Assembly: GCA_041742695.1 (NCBI GenBank)
Contig: JBGTOF010000299.1
Location: 2,873 to 66,872 of the forward strand
DNA length: 64,000 nt
Origin: Elainellales cyanobacterium
GTDB taxonomy: Bacteria; Cyanobacteriota; Cyanobacteriia; Elainellales; Elainellaceae
Reading direction: 5' to 3'
Shown here in pieces: positions 54,241 to 64,000 of the stretch. Within the stretch, counting starts at the first letter, position 1; every line of letters begins with the position of its first letter. Made by a program: the position numbers and the translations under genes. The notes beneath the pieces were generated by a model. It was not told the DNA's origin. It saw only the letters and a program-made list of their open reading frames with translations, and made no database searches.

Positions 54241-55206
54241 TTATTCAATATTCTGGAATTTCTGGATGATCATCTCCGCAACAACATTGATCACCAGTGT
54301 CATAAACATGAGCACTAGCCCTGCATACATCAGCACCTCCACCTGCACTCGCCCCGCTTCGGCAAACTGAGATGCAATGAGTGAGGCAATGGTAGAACCT
54401 GGGTCAAGCAAAGACGCACTCAAGCGGTTCGCATTACCCACAAGCATCGCTGCTACCATCGTTTCACCCATGGCTCGTCCTAGTGCTAGCATCACTGAGC
54501 CGATAATGCCCGACAGCCCAGCCGGAATCAGCACCCGCAGAATCGTTTCCCAACGAGTGGCACCCAATGCCATTGCACCAAGGCGAAGCTCTGGGGGAAG
54601 CTGGTTTAGCGTGCCGCGAGAAATAGAGATAATGATCGGCATGATCATCACGGACAGCACAAGGCTCAACGTCAGCAAGCTAAAGCCTCGTGGCGCACCA
54701 GAAAAAAGCGGGATCCAGCCCAATGTGCTGTTTAGAAAGGTGTAGAAGGGGCGCATAAACGGCACAAACACAAAAATGCCCCACAGCCCCAGCACTACGC
54801 TGGGAATCGCCGCAATTAGCTCAATGCCCATGGAAATAGCATCGCGCAGTGTATACGGGATAAAGTCTTCGCTGAGGAACACCGCCACACCCACGCCCAA
54901 AGGCACTGCAATCAGCAGAGCTACCAAAGCGGATACTAAGGTGCCATAAATTTGTGGCAATAATCCATAAACATTGGAGACTGGATTCCAAGTGGTGGAA
55001 GTTAAGAAGCCCAACCCGTAGGTGATAATTGCAGGAAATGCTGCGATGAGAATCTGCAACCCGATCCAGATCAGAAGCAGCGCCACCGATGCTGCCATGA
55101 CCAACGTAAGCCAAAAGAACCCCTGATCTGCAATGCGCTCTGGGCTATTGCGCTTGCTGATCATTTGCTTGGTGAATCCTTGCGATTCGCCAGCGAATGA
55201 ACTCAT
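54241..55206 (-). CDS. pstC: Phosphate ABC transporter permease PstC
   Basis: WNP...YG, ELIAAIPSVVLGLWG and GRAMGETM motifs. Confidence 0.95.
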   Translation of the reverse strand: MSSFAGESQGFTKQMISKRNSPERIADQGFFWLTLVMAASVALLLIWIGLQILIAAFPAIITYGLGFLTSTTWNPVSNVYGLLPQIYGTLVSALVALLIAVPLGVGVAVFLSEDFIPYTLRDAISMGIELIAAIPSVVLGLWGIFVFVPFMRPFYTFLNSTLGWIPLFSGAPRGFSLLTLSLVLSVMIMPIIISISRGTLNQLPPELRLGAMALGATRWETILRVLIPAGLSGIIGSVMLALGRAMGETMVAAMLVGNANRLSASLLDPGSTIASLIASQFAEAGRVQVEVLMYAGLVLMFMTLVINVVAEMIIQKFQNIE

Positions 55207-55302
55207 TCCCTTATCCTCCAGACTACAGTTGGAACTACACTCATACCTGCCAATACAGGGCGGTTATCTCAGGAATAACCACCCCGTATTGGCATCAATC
55301 GC

Positions 55303-56427
55303 TTAGTTTACTTGAACATCATCAAGCACTTCGCGCACACGCTCAACAATGGAGTCGGGCATGGGCACGTAGTCTAGTTCGGTAGTGATGTCTTGTCCGT
55401 CGGTCAAGCCCCACAGCATGATGGACTTGAGGGTTTCCCAAGTGGCAGCATCTTCATACTCAGGATAGACCAGAATCCAGGTCAGGCCAGCGATGGGATA
55501 AGCGTCGGCATTGGAGGGGTCAGGCACAAGCAGGCCGAAGTCTTCGGGGACTTCCACACCTTCAAATGCAAGAGAGGCAGCTTCCGCATCGGGATAAACA
55601 AAGTTGCCAGAAGAGTTCTCTAGCGAGGCGCGGGGAATCTCATTCAGCTTAGCGTAGGCATATTCCACATAACCGATAGTGCCTTCGTTTTGTTGAATCT
55701 GCGCGGCTACACCTTCGTTTCCTTGACCGCCTACACCTACGGGCCAATCTACCGAGGTGCCAACGCCGCCTTCCCAACCGTCACACACTTCGTTCACATG
55801 GTTCACGAAGATGAAGGTGGTACCGCTACCGTCTGAACGGTGCGCCCAGGTAATGGGCAGGTCGGGAAAGTCGACGCCTTCGTTGTCAGCAGCGATCGCC
55901 GGATCGCTCCAATTGGTGATATCACCCAAGATGATGCCACAGTAGGTTTCGCGGGCAAGGCTGATTTCTTCCTCAACGGTGAAGTCTGGCAGGTTATAAG
56001 CCAGCACCACCGCACCCCCAGCCATGGGCACCTGAATGGGGTCTGCATCATCGTAAGCAGCCTTGAAGGACGCTAGGCGATCGCCCTGGATAGGCGCATC
56101 GCTTGCACCAAAGTCCACCGTGCCAGCGATGTACTGCTCTAGACCTGCACCACTTCCGACCGACTGATAACTGACCTGAGCGTTGGAATCAACTTCGCGG
56201 TTGTAGGAGTCGAACCAGCGCTGATAAAGCGGTGCGGGGAAGCTAGCTCCAGCACCTGTCAGAGCAACGGCCTCACCACTGCCACCGCCTGCAGCAGGCT
56301 CAGTTGTACTGGGCACTTCACCGTCAGTGGTGCCGCTACCGCCGCCGCATGCTGCGATCGTTACCGCAGTCGCCAGCGAGATAGAAATCAAAGACGCTCG
56401 ACGAGAAACCAATTTAGAGAACAACAT
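55303..56427 (-). CDS. pstS: Phosphate ABC transporter substrate-binding lipoprotein
   Basis: Lipobox IAAC; GAGASFPAPLY, SVGSGAG, DFGASD and RSDGSGTT motifs. Confidence 0.96.
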   Translation of the reverse strand: MLFSKLVSRRASLISISLATAVTIAACGGGSGTTDGEVPSTTEPAAGGGSGEAVALTGAGASFPAPLYQRWFDSYNREVDSNAQVSYQSVGSGAGLEQYIAGTVDFGASDAPIQGDRLASFKAAYDDADPIQVPMAGGAVVLAYNLPDFTVEEEISLARETYCGIILGDITNWSDPAIAADNEGVDFPDLPITWAHRSDGSGTTFIFVNHVNEVCDGWEGGVGTSVDWPVGVGGQGNEGVAAQIQQNEGTIGYVEYAYAKLNEIPRASLENSSGNFVYPDAEAASLAFEGVEVPEDFGLLVPDPSNADAYPIAGLTWILVYPEYEDAATWETLKSIMLWGLTDGQDITTELDYVPMPDSIVERVREVLDDVQVN

Positions 56428-57126
56428 AGTACCTCACGAAAAATTAACGAGTTGTCACCGCCTGCCCAAGCCCAGGCGCTGACCCATTGCAAACCTTGCA
56501 ACCAGCCTTCGCCAAACCCAGCACAGAACCTTCCCAATTACTCACGCAGCGACCCTAGCCATAGCCCGCTCAGCCGTCGCAATCTGAATCCCCAGAGTCA
56601 GTGAGAGAGAAGCATCTGACTCCATTGCGTTGCTGATGGCTACAGCGCTAGAGCACGCCAGGACATCGGCTGGATGCTCAAAAAGCTGCATAAAGCTACT
56701 CACAAGCATCCGAGAGTAGAATCGCAGACAAATATGACATAAAAAGGACAAAACCCTCACCCAGCCAAACGGCACCGCCCCAGGATGGCGACTCGTTTCA
56801 GAAGAAGCGTGCTGCTGAAGCGGGTTGCAGCGATCGCCATTCCCTAAATTACTGAGCTAGTATTGCCTGAAAAGATATTCAAGGATTGGGTAAGCGTGGG
56901 TCGGGGTAGTTCAGACCATGACCGTTCGATGGTTGGCAGCTAGAGCCCGTGAACCGATGCCCGATGGAACTGTGACAGACAATAAGGGACTTGCCGAGAG
57001 TTTCGACTTCTCTCAACCCTTGGAAGTTCCGGGTGCATCATTACCTTGCAGATCCTCAACTCTGACAAGCTGTAACTCTCAAGCTGTAACTCTAATTAGT
57101 AGAGATAGTAGAAACAAGAAACAGGG

Positions 57127-58113
57127 TTAACCTGAGGCCAAGCCTTCATCGGGGCTAGGTGAGGCCGATGGCAACGGGTGCAGCGGCAGTTGCAGGGTGA
57201 AGATTGTGCCCTCTTCGAGGGTGCTATCGGCGGTGAGAGTGCCCTGGTGGGCGAGGATGATGCGCTGGGCGATCGCCAACCCTAGCCCCGTCCCTGCCGT
57301 GCGCGGAGCCTCCGCCTCGTCGCCTCGGTGAAAGCGATCAAAGATGTGGGGCAGCGCCTCTGGCGAAATACCTGAACCACTATCGCGAATCTGCACCGCA
57401 ACATTCTGTATTGTAAGTAACACATCAAACTGAATGCGCCCGCCCGCGGGAGTATAGCGGCAGGCGTTGTCCATAATATTGCTCACTACCTGACGCAGCA
57501 GCACCGCATTGGCCTGCACCCAAATCTGCTGGGGCGGTAGATCCCACTCGAAGGTGATGCCAGCCCGGTAGCAGCGCGGTTCATACGCTTCGGCAATATC
57601 TGCCAACACCACGCCCAAATCAAGCAGCGCAGAATCGTCTAGCGGTTCACCCGCGTCATGACGCGCTAACCACAGCAAACAATCCAGCAGGCGGCTCATC
57701 TGCTGTGCCGTATCGCGGATGGTGTGCAGGCGGCGACGCTCGGGAACTGCTGCATCGGGAGCGCCCTCTGCTTCGAGCAGCGCTACCTGAGCATTGCTGA
57801 TAATGGAGGCGAGGGGCGATCGCAGCTCATGGGCGACATCCGCCGGGAATGGATCGGCTGGGGGGACTGGAAGGGTGTGCAGCACGCCGCGCAAGGCTAG
57901 CCAGCTCATGCCGAAGCTCAGCAATCCTGCGCCCAGCGATAGCACCAGCAAAATACCGAGTTCTAAAACGCCTTGCCCCGGCTGTCCCGGTTGCCCAGAC
58001 TGTTTAAATAGAGCAAACCGGGCGATCGCCAAACACACCCCCCCGACGCCGAAGAGATGTGCCAGCACTAGCGTGTAAACCGTTTTGCGGGGGATCAAGA
58101 CCAACACGAACAC
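57127..58113 (-). CDS. Two-TM sensor histidine kinase
   Basis: ADVAHELRSPL H-box; NIMDNA, DSGSGI and GTGLGL motifs; very short inter-TM loop. Confidence 0.9.
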   Translation of the reverse strand: MFVLVLIPRKTVYTLVLAHLFGVGGVCLAIARFALFKQSGQPGQPGQGVLELGILLVLSLGAGLLSFGMSWLALRGVLHTLPVPPADPFPADVAHELRSPLASIISNAQVALLEAEGAPDAAVPERRRLHTIRDTAQQMSRLLDCLLWLARHDAGEPLDDSALLDLGVVLADIAEAYEPRCYRAGITFEWDLPPQQIWVQANAVLLRQVVSNIMDNACRYTPAGGRIQFDVLLTIQNVAVQIRDSGSGISPEALPHIFDRFHRGDEAEAPRTAGTGLGLAIAQRIILAHQGTLTADSTLEEGTIFTLQLPLHPLPSASPSPDEGLASG

Positions 58114-58123
58114 CCATCACGCC

Positions 58124-58798
58124 CTAGGTGCGCGGAATTAGCCGATACCCCATCCCATAAATGGTCTCGACCCAATCTGACGCGCCCACATAGTCTAACC
58201 GCAGCCGCAGCCGCCGCACCAGCCGCGTGACGGCATTGCTCTCGGGCGTCATTTCCCATTCCCACAGGGCTTGCTCAATCTGCGCATGGGAGAGCACCTG
58301 ATTTGGGTGGCGCAAAAAATATTCCAACAGCTGAAACTCGCGCTTGGTCAGCTGTGTGCCCTCTGCACCGCGCTCAACTCGCAGCTGATTGAGATAAAGC
58401 TTGAGATCGGCCACGCTGAGGGTGTCGCCCTGCCATTGGGGCGATCGCCGCGACAGCGCCCGCACCCGCGCACAAAACTCCACCACATCGGCAGGCTTCG
58501 ACAAAAAATCATCTGCCCCGGCATCCAACCCGCTCACTTTATCCGCAAGGGAGTCCCGCGCGGTTAGCATCAGCACCGGAGCCGCACCGCCCACCGCTCG
58601 ATATTGACGGCAAATCTGCAGCCCGCTCACGCGCGGCAGCATCCAATCTAGCACCAATAAATCGTAGGACTTCCGCGATAGCAACCACTGGGCCGTCATG
58701 CCATCTTGAACGCCATCGACAATGTGCTTTTCATGGGTGAGCGCCGTCTTCAGTGGTTCAAGCTGAGCAGGGTCATCTTCAACCAACAAAATCCTCAT
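58124..58798 (-). CDS. OmpR-family response regulator
   Basis: LLVEDD, LDWMLP, LTARD and KP motifs; winged helix IETIYGMGY-like end. Confidence 0.95.
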   Translation of the reverse strand: MRILLVEDDPAQLEPLKTALTHEKHIVDGVQDGMTAQWLLSRKSYDLLVLDWMLPRVSGLQICRQYRAVGGAAPVLMLTARDSLADKVSGLDAGADDFLSKPADVVEFCARVRALSRRSPQWQGDTLSVADLKLYLNQLRVERGAEGTQLTKREFQLLEYFLRHPNQVLSHAQIEQALWEWEMTPESNAVTRLVRRLRLRLDYVGASDWVETIYGMGYRLIPRT

Positions 58799-58834
58799 TA
58801 TTGTTCTTCTCTCTCAAACACTGGGGATGCCCCC

Positions 58835-58878
58835 ATACTAGGAAGTAGGGATAAAGACGGGGTTAAGACAGGTTTAAG
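58835..58878 (-). promoter_or_regulatory. Pho-box-like triple direct repeat plus -10 element
   Basis: Minus strand CTTAAACC-tgt-CTTAACCC-cgt-CTTTATCC (11-bp period), then TAGTAT. Confidence 0.6.
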
Positions 58879-58897
58879 CCGTCCCATTGAATCTCAC

Positions 58898-60046
<1,149 letters not shown>

Positions 60047-60116
60047 TTATCGGGAGATTTTATGATCGGGAGATTTATGGTTGGAATGATGGAAACGTAG
60101 TCGTGTTGTTGCAATC

Positions 60117-61298
60117 CTACCCTGCGGCTTTCCCGGGCGACTGCACCGCCCCATACCACAGGGCCTCAATCTGATGGGCGATCGCCGCTGCCGCCTCTCG
60201 GTGCTGCCCCGGCTGCAGCCGCGTGGTCACATGGCCCAGCTTGCGCCCTGGTCGCGCCTCTGACTTGCCATACCAATAGACACGGGTATGGGGCAGCGCG
60301 GCAATCTGCAGCCGCAGCCCTGCATAGTCCGACTCGGCAGACTCAAACCCCAGCAGGTTGACCATCACCGCCCCCGCCGGAATCAGCGCTGTATCCCCCA
60401 GGGGTAGCCCGCAGACAGCCCGCAACTGCTGCTCAAACTGCGAGGTAGCACAGGCGTCGAGGGTATAGTGGCCTGAGTTGTGGGTGCGCGGCGCAATTTC
60501 ATTCACCAGCACGGCGCCATCCGGGGTGAGAAATAGCTCGATGCCCAGAATGCCCACATAGTCGAGCGCCGTAAGCAGGGCATAGGCGATCGCCCGCACC
60601 GATTTTGTGACCGCATCCGGCCATTCATCCAGCGCATAGACCACACGGCACACTTGGCTGTGGGGATCTTGCTGAGTTTCAACGACGGGATACACCGCAA
60701 TCTCTCCGGTGGCTGAGCGAGCCGCCATGACCGCCAGCTCCCGCTCAAAGGGCACATGTTCTTCCAGCAGCCAAGTTTGCTCAGGCGATTCGTGCAGCCG
60801 CTGCACGAGTTCTGAGTCGGTGGCACAGATAAACGTGCCGTAGCCGTCATACCCATGCCGCCGCGCCTTTAGCACGACTGGAAAGCCCAGCTGCGATCGC
60901 TCGTCTGCCGTGGGCTGCGACGATAGGTCTACAAATCGCGGTGTGGGCACCCGATGAGTCCGAAAAAACGAGCGCTGGTGAAACTTATCAAGCACAGGGG
61001 CGATCGCCCCCAGACCCGGCGAAAACCGCACCCCTTGCTGCTCTAGCGGTTTCAGCGCCGCCAGATCTACAAACTCATTCTCAAAAGTAATCACATCAAC
61101 CGTTTGGGCCAGTTGGGCCGTGGCGATCGCATCGGTCACCTCACCCTGCACCCACGCCGCTGCCGAGCCCACAGCGGGGTCATCCGCCGAGGGCGTTTGC
61201 ACCACCAACGTTAGCCCCAATGTGCGAGCGCTCGTCGCCAGCATCCAGGCCAACTGCCCACCGCCAATCACCCCAACGCGGTCAAGCTTTTTCTCCAT
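60117..61298 (-). CDS. purK: N5-carboxyaminoimidazole ribonucleotide synthase
   Basis: GGGQL, TFENEF, GYDGYG, NEIAPRTHNSGH and RPGRKLGH motifs; likely ATG at 61298. Confidence 0.96.
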   Translation of the reverse strand: MEKKLDRVGVIGGGQLAWMLATSARTLGLTLVVQTPSADDPAVGSAAAWVQGEVTDAIATAQLAQTVDVITFENEFVDLAALKPLEQQGVRFSPGLGAIAPVLDKFHQRSFFRTHRVPTPRFVDLSSQPTADERSQLGFPVVLKARRHGYDGYGTFICATDSELVQRLHESPEQTWLLEEHVPFERELAVMAARSATGEIAVYPVVETQQDPHSQVCRVVYALDEWPDAVTKSVRAIAYALLTALDYVGILGIELFLTPDGAVLVNEIAPRTHNSGHYTLDACATSQFEQQLRAVCGLPLGDTALIPAGAVMVNLLGFESAESDYAGLRLQIAALPHTRVYWYGKSEARPGRKLGHVTTRLQPGQHREAAAAIAHQIEALWYGAVQSPGKAAG

Positions 61299-61650
61299 AC
61301 TCCATTCCATTTGCCTCGGCATAGCGATGCATAAATCGCATCAGCCGCTCCCAATGTTCCTCACGATCAACCTCAAGCTTGCATTCTACCCGCTGCAGGT
61401 CATCCCCTTCGCCACCCCCAAAGACAAACTGCACCGACGACGGCTCAATGCTGATATCGCCTTCCTCATCGGTGAGCTTGAGGGCTTTGTTGAATTTTTG
61501 GGTAAAGCTGTTGAAGCGCTCGACGGCGTTCAGTTGCTGAAAGGCCAGCACCATGATGCGGTTGCCCGTGGCGCGGTTGCGACGCAGGCTAATGCCCGTC
61601 AACTCTTCGGGCACACCGCTGTAAAATTCAATCGTGGGGATCACAGTCAT
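61282..61650 (-). CDS. psb28: Photosystem II assembly factor Psb28 (Psb28-2-like)
   Basis: IEFYSG.PE, L.DEEG.I and WERLMRFMHRYAEANG motifs; ATG at 61650. Confidence 0.9.
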   Translation of the reverse strand: MTVIPTIEFYSGVPEELTGISLRRNRATGNRIMVLAFQQLNAVERFNSFTQKFNKALKLTDEEGDISIEPSSVQFVFGGGEGDDLQRVECKLEVDREEHWERLMRFMHRYAEANGMEYGEKA

Positions 61651-61724
61651 GGGGCAATCGTGTCCATAAATCTTGTCCATGTTAATGTCCATCCCTGGAG
61701 ACATGTACATGGAACGACGCAAGG

Positions 61725-63086
61725 GTGTATTGCTCAGTATACAGAAGTGGCTGGTGCAGTCGGGAGGAGTCGGTGCTTCGTCGAGTTATCCATCACCGCA
61801 TCAAGGCAGTGCTGCGGTCATGCGGCACGCGGCTGGTGGGGCGGATAGGGGCGATCGCCCTCCTGCTCATTCTTACCGCGTTCATCATCCCGCCGTCACC
61901 GTTGGGCGCATTCAAAATTTGGGGAGCAATCGAGATGGCAGCAGCACAAAATTCCCAACCGATGGATAGACAAACATCTCCTGAGCAAGCATTCGAATGC
62001 GTCTTTACCGCCGCAGACGCTGCAGCTTGCTTTGCCGATAGTTTTTTGCGGCATGTGCCGCTAGGGCAGGTGCGGGACTTGCTGGCACGCCTGCGCCAAG
62101 ACTTGGGCGAGTATCGAGGCGTGCAGCCCACCGACGAGCCGAATCGCTATCGGGTGGACTTTGAGCGGGGCTATCTGCTCGCGCGCATTCGCCTCAACCC
62201 CGTGGGGCAGATTGATTTCCTCGTGCTAGAGCCCAGCGCCCTCTCTGCCGAAGAGGCGATCGCCCAACTCCAGCACGCCAACGCCCGCACCAGCCTGCTC
62301 ATCCTCAAAAATGGGGAAGAACTGGCAGCGTTAAACCCCGATGAACCGCTAGCCGTAGGCTCAACCTTTAAGCTGGCGGTGCTTGCGGCCCTGCAGCAGC
62401 AGATTGAGTCGGGCGATCGCACCTGGGATGAAGGGGTGAAACTGCGACCCGAGTGGAAAAGCCTGCCCAGCGGCATTTTGCAAGACTGGCCCGACGGCAC
62501 CGTGCTAACCCTAGAGACGCTGGCCACGTTGATGATTTCTATCAGCGACAACACCGCCACCGATGCACTGATTCACCTCGTGGGGCGCAACGCCATTGAA
62601 ACCTTCTCTCCCCGCAACACCCCATTCCTCACAACCCGTGAGGCCTTTGCGCTAAAAAATCCTGAAAACGCGCCCCTGCTTCAGCGCTATCGTGATGGCG
62701 ACGAAGCTGAACGACGGGCACTGCTGCCTCAACTGGAAGCTGCACCCCTGACACCTGCTACCCCGTTTGGGGATGACCCTGTGGCACTAGATGTGGAATG
62801 GTTTTTCACGACGCGAGAGCTGTGTGAGCTGATGGTTGCCGTACAAGACCTGCCGCTCATGAGCGTTAATCCGGGGGTGGCAAACCCGGCAGACTGGGCT
62901 CAGGTAATCTATAAGGGCGGCAGCGAACCCGGTGTGCTTAACCTCACCAATGGGCTGCGCGATGCAGCGGGGAATCAGTTCTGTGTCTCTGCCACGTGGA
63001 ATAATGCAGAAGAGCCCCTAGACGAAACCGCATTGGGCAGTTTATATGATCAGATTCTGCTAGGTCTACATTCTGAAACCGAGTAG
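61725..63086 (+). CDS. Class A beta-lactamase-like serine hydrolase with N-terminal accessory domain
   Basis: GSTFK (SxxK), SDN and YKGGS motifs; start codon uncertain. Confidence 0.85.
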   Translation: MYCSVYRSGWCSREESVLRRVIHHRIKAVLRSCGTRLVGRIGAIALLLILTAFIIPPSPLGAFKIWGAIEMAAAQNSQPMDRQTSPEQAFECVFTAADAAACFADSFLRHVPLGQVRDLLARLRQDLGEYRGVQPTDEPNRYRVDFERGYLLARIRLNPVGQIDFLVLEPSALSAEEAIAQLQHANARTSLLILKNGEELAALNPDEPLAVGSTFKLAVLAALQQQIESGDRTWDEGVKLRPEWKSLPSGILQDWPDGTVLTLETLATLMISISDNTATDALIHLVGRNAIETFSPRNTPFLTTREAFALKNPENAPLLQRYRDGDEAERRALLPQLEAAPLTPATPFGDDPVALDVEWFFTTRELCELMVAVQDLPLMSVNPGVANPADWAQVIYKGGSEPGVLNLTNGLRDAAGNQFCVSATWNNAEEPLDETALGSLYDQILLGLHSETE

Positions 63087-63266
63087 GTGACGAGGATGTG
63101 GGCATGGGCATGGGTGCATTCAACCTAGCCTTGGATTTTTTGGGGTGGATCTTGAGCTTGACTCGTGGGGCTAGCCGCCCTCATGCCTTGCCCAACGCTG
63201 GTTAGCTCGGCTTCATCCATTGTGTAGCCCTGGTATGTTTAGCTCTATTAGTAATGGCGATCGCCC

Positions 63267-63962
63267 GTGACTTGGTTTTCTCCGCTCAACCCCATCCCGC
63301 CCACTTGGCTACAACTGGGGGTGGCGGGTTTGTGGGTGGCGGGGGTGATTGGGCTGGCCGAGGGGCTAAATCGAGCGCGCATTAGCGAACCCGAGGTGAC
63401 GCGCAAGATTGTGCATATTGGCATTGGCAATGTGGTGCTGCTGGCCTGGTGGCTGCAACTCCCGGTGTGGATGGGGGTCGGGGCATCCCTTTTGTTTGGG
63501 GTGATCACGCTGTTGTCTTACAGCTATCCCATTTTGCCGGGGGTGAATAGTGTGGGGCGGCAGAGCTACGGCACCTTTTTTTATGCCATTAGCTTTGCGT
63601 GTTTATTTGGCCTGTTTTGGCGATCGCACCCTCAGTTTGCCCTGCTGGGCATTCTCACGATGGCCTGGGGTGATGGGTTGGCTGCACTAGTGGGGCAGCG
63701 CTGGGGCAAACATCCTTATCAGCTGTGGGGCGGGCGCAAAAGTTGGGAAGGCTCGTTAACCATGGCGCTGGTGAGCTTTGCCATTGCGCTGCCAGTGCTG
63801 CTCTCAACGTTGGGATCTGGCCTGGCGGCTGGCCTAGCGGCAGTTGGGGTGGCGATCGCCGCCACCTGTCTTGAAGTGCTCTCTAAGCTCGGAATCGATA
63901 ACCTAACCGTGCCTCTGGGGAGCGCGGCGATCGCCTACGGCCTGAGTCAATGGCTCGGATAA
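63267..63962 (+). CDS. Phytol/polyprenol (dolichol-type) kinase
   Basis: TRKIVHIG, WGDGLAALVG, KSWEGS and IDNLTVP motifs. Confidence 0.88.
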   Translation: MTWFSPLNPIPPTWLQLGVAGLWVAGVIGLAEGLNRARISEPEVTRKIVHIGIGNVVLLAWWLQLPVWMGVGASLLFGVITLLSYSYPILPGVNSVGRQSYGTFFYAISFACLFGLFWRSHPQFALLGILTMAWGDGLAALVGQRWGKHPYQLWGGRKSWEGSLTMALVSFAIALPVLLSTLGSGLAAGLAAVGVAIAATCLEVLSKLGIDNLTVPLGSAAIAYGLSQWLG

Positions 63963-64000
63963 CGCTAGAACATCAAGGGGCAGTAGGGTGGAAGCCTGAC

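Noticed and set aside
57067-57094. Short tandem duplications (CAAGCTGTAACTCT x2; similar ones near 1706, 8720, 17680 and 60050)
   Set aside because: Two or three unrelated copies each, consistent with replication slippage rather than an array
56430-57120. Pho box directly upstream of pstS and ORFs 56542-56775 and 56918-57130
   Set aside because: Only weak, irregularly spaced CTTACCCA/CTTGAATA-like matches; the ORFs lack recognisable features
61120-61848. 242-aa plus-strand ORF
   Set aside because: Antisense shadow of purK and psb28

Overview
Chromosomal window from a cyanobacterium. The HIP1 octamer GCGATCGC is very dense, and psb28, ndhP and cyanobacterial hfq are present; the organism is probably a filamentous Leptolyngbya-like taxon (inference). 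Most of the window is housekeeping and stress genes: exbBD, a thrC-like gene with moaD, hfq, leuA, lysA-cdaA-uppS, rimI, clpC, ComFB/CdgR, ndhP, Mn-catalase, hsp20-dnaK, pstSCAB, purK and psb28. I saw no rRNA, tRNA, CRISPR array or transposase. The best candidate for an undescribed system is a three-gene unit at 21.6-25.9 kb: a sigma-70-like factor, a DUF1822 protein and a membrane receptor joining a caspase-like CHAT protease to a CHASE2 sensor. Other highlights are two dispersed ~100-bp repeat families (one with a covarying hairpin whose core occurs in both orientations), a nested MITE with a target-site duplication, two small ORFs absent from the ORF track (ndhP and a secreted two-Cys peptide), an IscR/Rrf2-like operator before thrC-moaD, and a Pho-box-like triple repeat before a two-component system next to pst. 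All product calls come from motif recognition by eye, not from database searches.
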